A DNA stretch of 64,000 bases. It comes from an uncultured bacterium. Lineage in GTDB: Bacteria; Chloroflexota; UBA5177; JANWHV01. The notes beneath the pieces were generated by a model. That model was not told the DNA's origin. It made no database searches and saw nothing but the letters and a program-made list of their open reading frames with translations. This document shows positions 40,583-50,433 of this stretch, one piece after another. The stretch's first letter is position 1. The number at the start of each line of letters is the position of its first letter. The DNA is taken from the NCBI GenBank assembly GCA_963729625.1, contig CAVSOU010000011.1, forward strand, positions 800,001 to 864,000, in the 5' to 3' direction. The translations under genes and the position numbers were made by a program.

Positions 40583-41902
40583 ATGCTGCAACGAAGAGCT
40601 TTCCGCACCTGCGCTCTCTTTCTGATGATCGCCACGATGCTGATACCCATGCACCCCGCCAGCATGCAAGCGGCGACCACGTCCCACGTGTCTTGGTGGA
40701 ACTGGGACGACGCCCTGATGGGCGGCGGCTCGACCCAGACCACCGGCTACAAGACCAATCAAAAACTGGCGACCAAGGTCCTCGCTGAGGCCGCCACGCC
40801 GGGCCTGGTCGTGGACGAGACATCCTATCCCTATAACGATTATCTGACCGCGCTCAAGACCTCCTTCGCCAGCGGCACCGAGCCGGACGTCGTCGACCTG
40901 CAGCCGGGTGCGTCGCTTCAGGAGTATCAGTCATACCTGGTGCCCATCAATGCGCTTGCTGCCAAAGCGTGGGGACCGAATTGGGAAAGCAAGTACGCAT
41001 CCATAGGCATTCGACAGGCCATGGGACCCAAGCCGAGCGGCGGCGTTGTCTACGGATTGCCGGCCGACATTTTCGACGGCTCGGGCCTCTACTACAACCG
41101 CGCGATCTTCGCCAAGTACGGGCTCTCCGTGCCGAAGACGTACGCGGATCTGAAGCACGTTGCGGACGTGCTCAACAGCCACGGTATCATCCCCATTGCC
41201 TGGGGGGCCAAGGATGGGTGGCCGAACGCCGACTGGTACCTGATGGTGGCCGAGCAGATGGCGCCGGGAGTCTGGGACAAGGCGCAGGTCGGCAAGGCCA
41301 AGTTCACGGATCCCGGCCTGGTCAAGGCCTTGCAGGTCATGGTCAACATGCAGAAGGACAAGATATTCGGCCGCTCGTCCTGGGCTACCACCCAGTATCC
41401 TGAGGCGTTGACCCTCCTGGAAACCGGGCGAGCTGCCATGTGGGCCTCGGGCTCCTGGGATGCCTGGACTATCTGGAGTCTCAAGAATCACGCCGACTAC
41501 TCGCTGATGCCGATGCCCAGGCTTGCGCCGGATGCCGGTCCGGGCCATTTCTTCGGCGGTGTCAACTTCGTGATGGTGATCACCAAGGCAGCCAAGGATC
41601 CTGCAACGGCGTTCAAGCTGCTCGCCTGGCGCGCGGGCGCCGGTGGTCAGCAGCAGATCGCTATGAATCGTTGGGGCTATCTGTCAAGCGTCAACGGTGT
41701 TACCGGCACGTTCCCCTGGAACGCGGACTACAACAGTCGCGTCTGGTCACAATGGGCCAACGGTCTGAGCACGGCCATCGATCGTCAACCGAAGTCTGCC
41801 GCGGTCCAGCAGGCCCTCTGGGACGCCATTGCCGCCGCGTCCACGCAGGGTGAGGATCCTGCCAAAGCCATGGCCTCGGTGCAGGCCGCCTATGGGAAAT
41901 AG
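40583..41902 (+). CDS. Carbohydrate ABC transporter substrate-binding protein
   Basis: Signal peptide; motifs EPDV, VYGLP, LYYNRAIFAKYGLSVPKTYADL, GRAAMWASGSW. Confidence 0.92.
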   Translation: MLQRRAFRTCALFLMIATMLIPMHPASMQAATTSHVSWWNWDDALMGGGSTQTTGYKTNQKLATKVLAEAATPGLVVDETSYPYNDYLTALKTSFASGTEPDVVDLQPGASLQEYQSYLVPINALAAKAWGPNWESKYASIGIRQAMGPKPSGGVVYGLPADIFDGSGLYYNRAIFAKYGLSVPKTYADLKHVADVLNSHGIIPIAWGAKDGWPNADWYLMVAEQMAPGVWDKAQVGKAKFTDPGLVKALQVMVNMQKDKIFGRSSWATTQYPEALTLLETGRAAMWASGSWDAWTIWSLKNHADYSLMPMPRLAPDAGPGHFFGGVNFVMVITKAAKDPATAFKLLAWRAGAGGQQQIAMNRWGYLSSVNGVTGTFPWNADYNSRVWSQWANGLSTAIDRQPKSAAVQQALWDAIAAASTQGEDPAKAMASVQAAYGK

Positions 41903-42084
41903 CTAGTCTCTGCGCCATCGACTGCGGCCGGGCAGAGGGCAATACCGACGATTATCGTTCGGTACCAGCACTGGCCGGCCGCAGTCCTTGTGCTGTTGCA
42001 CCCCTGCTGTCGTCTGCGGCTACTGGCATGAGTATGTCGAGCTCGGGCCGCTAAATTCTGGTACCCAGAGGGAACTGGAATCTG

Positions 42085-43029
42085 ATGTCGCTCAGACTCG
42101 AGCCTGGTCAAACTGCCAAACCTATGCGCACGTCATCGATCCGTATGCTGTTCTACCGGCCTTCCACGCCGATGAATCTGCTGTTCATCCTGCCTGCGCT
42201 CGTCATATTCTGCGCTTTTATCTTGTACCCGCTACTATCGATCTTCTATCTGAGCTTCTTCAGTTGGGATGGCCTGGCCGGACCACGCGTCTACGTGGGC
42301 GCCGCGAACTTCCATACAGTGCTCTTCGCGGACCCCATCTTCTGGGTGACGCTGCGCAATACCGGCATCTATCTCCTGGTCGGTTCGGCGCCGTGCATCA
42401 CGGTCGGCTTCATCCTATCCTGCCAGCTACGCAAATCGGGTTTGGTCGGCCGGGTGCTTCGCTCCGTCGTGTTCTTGCCTTACGTGGTGCCGTCCATTGT
42501 AGTGGCCCAGATCTGGGCGTGGATCCTGCAGCCGGATTACGGCACGCTCAATTCATTTCTCGTCCAGATCGGCCGCCCCGACTGGGCGCTGGTCTGGCTG
42601 GGAAGCGCCGGCCTCGCGATGCCCGTGGCAAGCCTGATCGCAGCCTGGGCCGGCTTCGGCATCACCACCGTTATCTACCTCGCGGGAATCGGCCAGATCC
42701 CGGAAGAGATCTTCGAGGTCATGCGCCTGGACGGGATCGGCCCGGTGCGGCAAATGTACTCTGTGCTGTTTCCCCTGCTCGCGCGCCAGACGATCACGTT
42801 GAGTATTCTCAGCGTCACGAACGCCCTGCGTGAGTTCACATTCCTGTACATCTTGACCCAGGGTGGACCGGACCACCAGACCGAGCTGCCATCGCTGCAC
42901 ATCTTCAACGAGGGCTTCGATCTGTTCCAGCAGGGCTACGCGAGCGCACTGGCTACCGTGCTGTTCTTCATGACACTCCTCGTCACCGTGGGCCAGCTCT
43001 GGTTCTATCGACGAGCAACGGACTATTAG
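42085..43029 (+). CDS. Carbohydrate ABC transporter permease
   Basis: Motifs FILPAL, YVGAANF, EAA-like IPEEIFEVMRLDG, LTQGGP, GYASA. Confidence 0.93.
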   Translation: MSLRLEPGQTAKPMRTSSIRMLFYRPSTPMNLLFILPALVIFCAFILYPLLSIFYLSFFSWDGLAGPRVYVGAANFHTVLFADPIFWVTLRNTGIYLLVGSAPCITVGFILSCQLRKSGLVGRVLRSVVFLPYVVPSIVVAQIWAWILQPDYGTLNSFLVQIGRPDWALVWLGSAGLAMPVASLIAAWAGFGITTVIYLAGIGQIPEEIFEVMRLDGIGPVRQMYSVLFPLLARQTITLSILSVTNALREFTFLYILTQGGPDHQTELPSLHIFNEGFDLFQQGYASALATVLFFMTLLVTVGQLWFYRRATDY

Positions 43030-43046
43030 GCGTAGGGAAGAAGGCA

Positions 43047-43904
43047 ATGCAGCGTTACCCAGCACGCGCCCAATGGCAGCCAGGACGCACAACCTGGTTC
43101 GTGCTCAAGGTGGCGGTAATCGTCGCCCTCTGCCTCCTCTACCTGTTCCCTTTGATCGACGCCCTGGGAACCGCGATCAAGGCGAACGGCACCAGCATTA
43201 GCGACCTCTCGGTAATCCCGGCCCAGCCCCATTGGGACAACTTCATCTACGTGATCCAACAGACCAGCTTACCGCAATACTTCAAGAACAGCGCCGTCAT
43301 TACCAGCCTCAGCGTCGCGCTGGTGGTCGGCTGCGGCGCGGTTGCCGGCTTTGGTTTCTCGCGCTTGAGATTCCCCGGTCGGACAGTGCTGTACATGCTC
43401 TTCCTCAGCGGCCTCATGATTCCCGTGGTCGTGATCGTGGTGCCGCTGTTCCAGATGGTGCGGTTATTCGGGTTCTTCAACACCTACGGGGCCTTGGTGG
43501 GCCCTTACACGGCGCTTGGCCTGCCGCTGAGTATCATGATCTTTCGCAGCTTCTTCGACGGCATACCCATGGCGCTGGAAGATTCGGCGCGTATCGACGG
43601 TTGCACCAACTGGCGCATTCTGTTCAACGTGATGTTGCCGCTCGCGAAGCCCGCCCTCATTGCCGTTGCCGTTTTGCAGGCGGTCACCAGCTGGAACGAA
43701 TTCCTGCTTGCCCTGCTGTTCATGACGCACGACGACATGCGCACGGTACCGCTGGCCATCATCCCCTTCATCGGGCAGTTCGGTAACCAGACAGAGTACA
43801 TGTTCGCCACGCTCCTGCTCATCTCGGTGCCGCCAATGGTGCTGTTCGTGTCGCTGCAACGCTACTTCCAGATCGGACTGACCACAGGCTCGATCAAGGG
43901 CTGA
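43047..43904 (+). CDS. Carbohydrate ABC transporter permease
   Basis: Motifs YFKNS, IPMALEDSARIDG, WNEF, GLTTGSIKG. Confidence 0.95.
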   Translation: MQRYPARAQWQPGRTTWFVLKVAVIVALCLLYLFPLIDALGTAIKANGTSISDLSVIPAQPHWDNFIYVIQQTSLPQYFKNSAVITSLSVALVVGCGAVAGFGFSRLRFPGRTVLYMLFLSGLMIPVVVIVVPLFQMVRLFGFFNTYGALVGPYTALGLPLSIMIFRSFFDGIPMALEDSARIDGCTNWRILFNVMLPLAKPALIAVAVLQAVTSWNEFLLALLFMTHDDMRTVPLAIIPFIGQFGNQTEYMFATLLLISVPPMVLFVSLQRYFQIGLTTGSIKG

Positions 43905-43937
43905 ATGGAATGCTGGGGGAACAGGAGGAGACATACA

Positions 43938-45086
43938 ATGCGTAAACTGCCTCGAGACACCATGACGGCGCGCGAGCGAATCGAGACCACGCTGAGCGGC
44001 CAAGTCCCTGATCGCGTGCCCATCTTTGACCTCATCCACAACATCCCCCTGATAGAGCACACGACCGGCCACAAGATGACTCTCGACAACGGCCTGGACC
44101 TGTTATGCCAGACGATCGGCGAACGTCTGGATATTACCCGCGGCATCGCGGCCCCGGTGGAGGACAAAGTCCTCGAGCACGCGGATGGGTTCGCGTATAA
44201 GCAGGAGTGGTGGACCACCTGGCTCGTTCGAAGACCGTTCCATGATGTAGCGGGATTTCTGGACTACGTCCGCCGGAACATCGAGGAGCTTTATAGCCGG
44301 AAGAAATACGAGATGTGGACGTTCGCCGGCAAAGGAGACGTATGGGGTCAGGCCAGTGAATCGCCTTGTGACCAACACCTCCGGCTTCAGCAGAAGGTAG
44401 GCGACAACACCGTCGTATTCCCCGTCGAGAGCCCGGTCGGACTGGATACAGCACATGCGCGCGCCGGCCTGCAACTGTTCAGCTACGGTTATGCAGAGGA
44501 CCCGGCCCTGATCTCGCAATGGCTGGAGGCGTTGAACTGGGCAGAGATACAGCGAGTGCATGAAACTGCCGACGTCCAGCTGAGCCCGGTGGCACTTGTG
44601 TACGCCGACCAGGCCGACAAGAATCAGACTATCTTCTCTCCTGCCTTTCTGCGCCGGGAATTCTTTCCGCGCCTGGGCAGACTGGTGGAAGCCTGGCATT
44701 CGCACGGAATTAAGGTGGTCTTTCACTCGGACGGGAACCTGTGGAAAGTCCTGGGCGACTTCAAAGCAGCCGGCATAGACGGCCTGAACCCGCTCGAGCC
44801 GCTCTCTCACATGTACGCCGGTGACGTGCGAGCACAGTATCCGGACTGGATCTTGATGGGGGGAATCGACGCCAGCCAGCTTCTGCCGTTCGCTTCGGAG
44901 GAAGAGGTTCGGGGAGCCGTGCGACAGACAATCGACGATGCTGGGCAGCGCGGGCGGTTATGGTTAGGCTCCAGCACGGAGATTCACCCGGCAATTCCTT
45001 CCCGTAACGCTCTCGCCATGTGGGACGCGATCGAGACCTACGGATATTATGAAGACCGCTCGGTAGAGATCGGCCCTCGCGGGTAG
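43938..45086 (+). CDS. Second URO-D family protein
   Basis: AGGAGGAG RBS. Motifs MTARERI...PDRVP, IFSPAFLRREFFP, FHSDGN, GIDGLNPLE, MGGID, GSSTEIH. Confidence 0.9.
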   Translation: MRKLPRDTMTARERIETTLSGQVPDRVPIFDLIHNIPLIEHTTGHKMTLDNGLDLLCQTIGERLDITRGIAAPVEDKVLEHADGFAYKQEWWTTWLVRRPFHDVAGFLDYVRRNIEELYSRKKYEMWTFAGKGDVWGQASESPCDQHLRLQQKVGDNTVVFPVESPVGLDTAHARAGLQLFSYGYAEDPALISQWLEALNWAEIQRVHETADVQLSPVALVYADQADKNQTIFSPAFLRREFFPRLGRLVEAWHSHGIKVVFHSDGNLWKVLGDFKAAGIDGLNPLEPLSHMYAGDVRAQYPDWILMGGIDASQLLPFASEEEVRGAVRQTIDDAGQRGRLWLGSSTEIHPAIPSRNALAMWDAIETYGYYEDRSVEIGPRG

Positions 45087-45515
45087 GACACCCTTGCGGA
45101 CAGCATGAACACGCGGAGTGCAGGCACTGCGAGCGCGGGCGACGGCGATGCTGCGGCAGAGGCGCTTGAATGGGGCCGCGGGCTCGCTGGAGGAGGGGCT
45201 GGCCCCGGCCCGCCGCGGTGTCGCGCGGACACCGGCAGGGTGACGCCACTTGAGGTGAGCATGGTCGCCCGCCGGTTGGGCTCAAGCGTCCCCGGCGATC
45301 GGGGACAGAAGTCACGGCACCGAGGGGCGCTTCGACTCATGCCACCGTGACAGCTTGACGACATACTAGTGTCAGTAGAGCAAGAAACTACTTGTTCAAG
45401 CTCGTGGCTCGAGTTGAGCAGGCCACAGGAGCATGGCGGTGGCCTCCGCAATCGGCCACGCCGTTCACAGCTCGTCCAGACTCGGGCGCAGCACCGTAGC
45501 AGAAAGGCCAGCCCG

Positions 45516-45725
45516 ATGAACCACTCTTCTCCATATGCTCCGGCGGTCGTTCTGGCGCGACTGCGCGCCTGGCTGGCGGGTACGAGCGCGATCGAGCAGC
45601 CGCAGCCGCCCGCGCGTCACCTCTGGATCGTGCGGCCGGAAACGGAACCCCTGCCGATTGAGAATCAAGGTCCTGAGCCGCAAGCACGTGCAGCGCGCGC
45701 GGGCGGTCGGAGACCACGCGCGTGA
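45516..45725 (+). CDS. Possible small hypothetical protein
   Basis: AGAAAGG RBS-like sequence before ATG 45516, 69 aa, no recognisable domain. Confidence 0.35.
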   Translation: MNHSSPYAPAVVLARLRAWLAGTSAIEQPQPPARHLWIVRPETEPLPIENQGPEPQARAARAGGRRPRA

Positions 45726-46157
45726 GCGGGTCGATCGCAACGTGCCCGTGATCGGCTGGCAAGCAGCCAACAGACATCCAGATTACTGACAAAGCTTGCG
45801 CGCGCTTGCTCGTCTGCGACGGTGAAGCTGTTCATTGGTGCGGCGGGCCGCAACGCGATCGCCGAGCCCGTGCGTGACCACTGGGCGAGCACCGAGCCCT
45901 GGCAGGGCTTTGCGATGGCCGCTCGCGAGGTGTACCTTCCAGTCGACCCTGGAGTAAAGCTGCGACGAGATCTCCATCGACACGCACGATCCTTGGGGCG
46001 CGGGCCTCTCGCCTGCCATCGTTTGGTGGCCGGCACGCCTGCGGATCCCACAACGGCTGGAGTTTGGTAACCGATTCTGCCATGGGGACTGCCGCGCTTC
46101 CGAGCACGCGCGACGAATGCTGCCTGGCGACGAGACAGGGCATCGGAGGGAAAGAGA

Positions 46158-46625
46158 TTGGAACCATACGAGTTGGAGCAGCTCGAACGATTTATCGTGC
46201 GCGCGAAAGCGTCATCCTACGTCGGCGAAGGCAAGCAGCTTCTGCCCTACCGGCTGGACTCGCATGATGTGCAGTACGTCGAGGGCGATTGGGCCTATCA
46301 CGACAGCTACGTGGGCGAGAGCGATTTCTCGGGCCAGGAAGTCGCGTACCTGCGCCGAAAGGCCGTCTGGGCCATGAACTACTACGGCCGTATCGTAGAG
46401 CCGACGGCCATCACCGGCGCCGAGGCTGGACGCGTGATCCGGGCCAGTCTCTCGGCCCTGTACAACGAGGGGCGGTTCCTGGGTGGCTACCGCCACCAAA
46501 GTGAGCCGTTCACCTACTACGACACAAACGACGGCGACTTCACCTGGTTTCACGGCAGGGAATGGATCACGGCCGAAAAAGGCCTGGTATACGAGTTGCT
46601 GTACCACGGCGGCCTCATCCACTAG
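46158..46625 (+). CDS. DUF5680 family protein
   Basis: Motifs YHDSYVGESDFSGQE, VWAMNYYG, FLGG, FHGREWI, YHGGLI. Confidence 0.85.
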   Translation: MEPYELEQLERFIVRAKASSYVGEGKQLLPYRLDSHDVQYVEGDWAYHDSYVGESDFSGQEVAYLRRKAVWAMNYYGRIVEPTAITGAEAGRVIRASLSALYNEGRFLGGYRHQSEPFTYYDTNDGDFTWFHGREWITAEKGLVYELLYHGGLIH

Positions 46626-46740
46626 ATTGTCTTGGCTCGCGGACCACTACCGCGCGTGAACACGCCGTACGCCCCGCCGCAGCCGGAGTGCTGCGCACCC
46701 CACCGCAGTGGGGATCCCGTGTAATTCTTGTTACACTCAC

Positions 46741-46784
46741 TTGCCATTATCGTTCACGAAGAGTATATTTCAGTTAGTAAACAT
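46741..46784 (+). promoter_or_regulatory. Sigma70-type promoter of the MFS-MarR operon with possible MarR operator
   Basis: TTGCCA (46741-46746), 17 nt, TATATT (46764-46769). Imperfect AT-rich palindrome ATATTT-N8-AAACAT overlaps the -10 and start site. Confidence 0.6.
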
Positions 46785-46837
46785 TTCGATGACTTGTAGC
46801 ACCGCTACTCGGATCTTCTCTGAATGGAGATGAGCTC

Positions 46838-48370
46838 ATGCAAAGCCAAGCCGCGGCAGGCGCCGCGCCATTCCAGCTACGATCGATAATGATGCCCTTG
46901 CTGACGATCATCGTCGGCCTCTTCATGGTTATCCTGGACGCCACGGCAGTGAATGTGGCGCTGCCAACCCTGGTCAAGGACTTTCACGTCACGTTGACGT
47001 CCCTGCAGTGGGTCTTGACCGGCTACATGCTGGCCCAGGCCGCGGTCATTCCGCTGGCCGGCTGGCTGTCCGATCGATTCGGTGCCAAGCGGATTTTCCT
47101 CACGGCCATCGCGCTCTTCACACTGGGCTCCGCCCTCTGCGCGATCGCCCAGAGCAACGAGATGCTGATCGCATTCCGCGTCCTCCAGGGTCTCGGCGGC
47201 GGCTGTCTCATGCCTATCGGCATGGCGTACACCTACCGGCTGAGCCCGCCGGATAAGCGCGGTGTGGTGATGGGCACTATCGGCATCCCGATTCTCCTCG
47301 CGCCCGCGATCGGTCCAACCGTCTCCGGCTGGCTGGTGGAGTACGCGAGCTGGCGCTGGATCTTCTCGATCAACCTTCCTATCGGACTCTTCGCCATGTG
47401 GCTGGGTCTGCGCAAGCTTCCCCACGTCGCCACGCAAGTCGCCGGCGACCTCGATCTCCCGGGCATGATCCTAGGCCCACTGGCCTTCAGCCTGCTCTCG
47501 TACGGCGTGAGCGAGGGAGCTACCAGCTGGACATCCTTCAACACGCTGGGCGGCTTGATCGGCGGCGCGGTCGTCCTTGTGGCTTTCGTCCTGCGCGAGC
47601 TTCGTGCGAGCAAGCCTTTGCTCGAGATGCGGGTGTTCAAGTCAATCGACTTCTCAATCGCCGTAGTCGTGCAGTGGGTCGGCCAGGTCGCGTTGTTCGG
47701 CGGCATTTTCCTGGTTCCGCTTTTCTTGCAGCAAGTGCGGCTCTACGGCCCCTTTGACACGGGCATGGTGATGATGGCCCAGGCGCTGACCGCTGCCGCC
47801 TTCATGCCAATTGGAGGCCGGCTTTTCGATAGGATCGGCGCGCGCCCGCTCGTGGCTGGTGGTCTTGGCCTGGTCGCGCTTGGCACCTACCTGTTGACCA
47901 GGCTCAGCGGCGCCACTTCCGAGGCCGACCTCATCTTCCCGTTGATGCTGCGCGGCGCCGGCATGGCGTTGATGATGATGCCGCTGAACACGCACATCCT
48001 GAACTCCGCCCCGCGCAAGCTGGTGAGCCGCGTCACGTCGCTCACGGCGGCGCTGCAGAGCGTGGTCAACTCGCTGGCGATCGCCGGCCTGTCTACCGTG
48101 CTCGCATCGCGGCCGAGCTTTCATCAGGCGACGGCGCTGCTCTCAGCGCCGCACGGAACGGCCGCTCCCGCCTCTCAAACTCTCGGTCTGCCCGTTCCGG
48201 TCGCCAATCTGTTCGCGAGCGCCTTTAGCGACACGCTTATGGTAGCGGCAGCTATCTCTCTTGCCGGCGCACTACTGGGCCTGTCAATCCGCGGGAAGGC
48301 CAGGGCTCAGGTGACGACAGAAAGCCGGTCAGTGTCCAGCGAGACGCCTGCTCTCGAAATGGCGGGTTAA
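46838..48370 (+). CDS. DHA2 family (EmrB/QacA) MFS efflux transporter
   Basis: Motifs LDATAVNVALP, GWLSDRFGAKR, FRVLQGLGGG, GPTVSGWL, WRWIFSINLPIG. Confidence 0.96.
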   Translation: MQSQAAAGAAPFQLRSIMMPLLTIIVGLFMVILDATAVNVALPTLVKDFHVTLTSLQWVLTGYMLAQAAVIPLAGWLSDRFGAKRIFLTAIALFTLGSALCAIAQSNEMLIAFRVLQGLGGGCLMPIGMAYTYRLSPPDKRGVVMGTIGIPILLAPAIGPTVSGWLVEYASWRWIFSINLPIGLFAMWLGLRKLPHVATQVAGDLDLPGMILGPLAFSLLSYGVSEGATSWTSFNTLGGLIGGAVVLVAFVLRELRASKPLLEMRVFKSIDFSIAVVVQWVGQVALFGGIFLVPLFLQQVRLYGPFDTGMVMMAQALTAAAFMPIGGRLFDRIGARPLVAGGLGLVALGTYLLTRLSGATSEADLIFPLMLRGAGMALMMMPLNTHILNSAPRKLVSRVTSLTAALQSVVNSLAIAGLSTVLASRPSFHQATALLSAPHGTAAPASQTLGLPVPVANLFASAFSDTLMVAAAISLAGALLGLSIRGKARAQVTTESRSVSSETPALEMAG

Positions 48371-48378
48371 CTGAATCG

Positions 48379-48912
48379 ATGGCAATCGAAACCGACGTAT
48401 CTGTAGACTCGGCGTGCACGACAGATCGGATCCCCTCGACAGAGGACTGCATCGAGGCCCTGGTGCGCGTGCTGCCGCGCGTGACTCGGGCGCTGAAGTC
48501 CCAGCTGCGCAGCAGCAAGCTCGGCACGCAGCATATCTTCCTTCTGATGACAATCGCGGACCTGCAACAGGCGAGTGGCGAAGGTGCACATCCGGGCGAG
48601 CTCGCCCGGCTCGCCTGGCTCTCCGGCGCGGCGATCACTGCCACGTTGGATGACCTTGTGGACGCAGGTTACTGCGCGCGCGCGCACACTGAGAAGGATC
48701 GACGCAAGGTACTGGTTCAGGTTACCCCCGCGGGCCAGAAGATCCTGGAAGAAGTGCACACGCAGGCCAAACAGTCGCTTCGCGAAGTCCTGGGAGACTG
48801 GAATGAACAGCGCCGGGTCGAGTTATGCCGGGTTCTGCATGATCTCGACGGCATCGGCACGACGCTGCTGCGCGCCTCGCATGCGTGCCCGGAGCGAGCC
48901 GCCATGAGCTAG
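48379..48912 (+). CDS. MarR family transcriptional regulator
   Basis: HPGELA...LDDLVDAGY...DRRKVLVQVTPAG. Confidence 0.92.
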   Translation: MAIETDVSVDSACTTDRIPSTEDCIEALVRVLPRVTRALKSQLRSSKLGTQHIFLLMTIADLQQASGEGAHPGELARLAWLSGAAITATLDDLVDAGYCARAHTEKDRRKVLVQVTPAGQKILEEVHTQAKQSLREVLGDWNEQRRVELCRVLHDLDGIGTTLLRASHACPERAAMS

Positions 48913-49063
48913 CTCTACCCAAGTCCTGTCTCTCGTGCGCGCGCAACCGCCTCGGAGCGACTGACCTCCTTGCGTGTCACCTGGTGGGACAGTGTGAGCA
49001 AGCCACGACGCCTGACTTCTCGCCAGCCGTGGCGTGATCCCGTGCCGGTTGAGGCGGCAGAAC

Positions 49064-50035
49064 TCACAACGGCTGCAGCGCTGGCGCGCTGATCTCACCC
49101 CTGGCGATGAGCGATTGCACCGCCTCGTACACGGCTTGCAGCGACGTGTAGCGTGGATGATAGTCGAGGAGGCGCTCCGCCTTGGCTATGCTGCAGTTGG
49201 GGCTGTGCGCGACGTGGTCCCAAGTTATGGCCGCCTCGTCCTCCGCTACCGTGGCACGCCATTCGTCCCATGGCACGAAGCGCAGTCGAGCTTGCTGCCC
49301 AAACCAGCCCGCTACCGACTCGGCATAGCCGCGCAGGGTGAGCGCGGCCGGTGAGACCACGTGGAAGCTTTCGCCGAGAGCCGAGCTTCGACGCGCCAAT
49401 ACCTGCATGAACGCCTGCGCTACGTCGTCGGCGTGCACGTGATGCACCGTTTCCAGACCGAAGTTAGGCAGAGCCAGCTCCTCTCCGCGCGCCAGTCGCT
49501 CGAACACAAGTGGGTTGAGATTGCCTGCTGGATTCACGGGAAGCCAGCCGGGACCGACGATATGGCCCGGATGCAGGATGGTGGCCGGGAAGCCGCTTCT
49601 GTGCGCCTCACCGAGGACATACTCCTCGATAGCCGCCTTCTTGATGCCGTAGTCGCCGAATGGGCGACGCGGCTGCTCTTCGGTCGTCGGCACCACGGCG
49701 CTTGGTCCATGGACCCAGATCGTGCAGCACATCAGCATATGGCCGATCTCGCCTCGCAGCGACTCCACCAGCTGGCGCGCACTATCGGGCTCGAAACAGA
49801 TCATATCGACGACCACATCAGGGCGTAGATCGCGAACGCGGCGGCCAAAGGTGCCGGCGGCGTCTTCGGCGTTGCGGTCGACGACGATCCGGCGCACGTG
49901 GCGCCACGCGCCGTGCTCCTGGTACGGGCTGCTCTGGCCGCGGCTGAGCGCCACAACCTCGTAGCCGGCCTCGACGAGTCGAGGTACCAGGTAGGTTCCC
50001 ACGTGGCCGCTGGCGCCGATCACAACTGCGCGCAT
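49064..50035 (-). CDS. NAD-dependent epimerase/dehydratase family protein
   Basis: Motifs VIGASGHVG, YGIKK (YxxxK), HPGHIVGPG, VHADDVA. GGAGG RBS. Confidence 0.93.
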   Translation of the reverse strand: MRAVVIGASGHVGTYLVPRLVEAGYEVVALSRGQSSPYQEHGAWRHVRRIVVDRNAEDAAGTFGRRVRDLRPDVVVDMICFEPDSARQLVESLRGEIGHMLMCCTIWVHGPSAVVPTTEEQPRRPFGDYGIKKAAIEEYVLGEAHRSGFPATILHPGHIVGPGWLPVNPAGNLNPLVFERLARGEELALPNFGLETVHHVHADDVAQAFMQVLARRSSALGESFHVVSPAALTLRGYAESVAGWFGQQARLRFVPWDEWRATVAEDEAAITWDHVAHSPNCSIAKAERLLDYHPRYTSLQAVYEAVQSLIARGEISAPALQPL

Positions 50036-50433
50036 GCATACACCTCCTCGCATTCAATGCCTGTACCGTCTATTCTCTCACGTTAGGCACGTCCGCTCAT
50101 ACAGTCCGAATCTGTGGGCTGCGCCCCACAATCGTTGTCGGGCAGGGAAAGGCAGGCCGATCGGCGATAAAGTCACCTCCTCCATCCGGAGGATCCGAGC
50201 TGAGCTATCCAGATTTCCCTGGTGGGGGCATGATGGAAGGTACCGCGGGACTGGTCTCATTTGCGATGGACGTAGCAGTTCGACAACCGCGCCGAAGTGG
50301 AGTACGATAGCGACCCAGCGAGCCTATGATTCGCCGCCGGAATACTCCGGGATCGGCCCTGCTTGCGAGCATGTCCGGCCAGCCATCGCTGCCTGTCTCG
50401 CCCGCGTTGCGAAGGAAGTGGAGCGTGCGCGGC

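Noticed and set aside
38846-45086. hemE / haem biosynthesis assignment for the URO-D genes
   Set aside because: No N-terminal RQAGR motif and no hem gene context.
45376-45396. LexA (GAAC-N4-GTTC) box
   Set aside because: Left half-site and spacing do not fit (AAAC-N5-GTTC).
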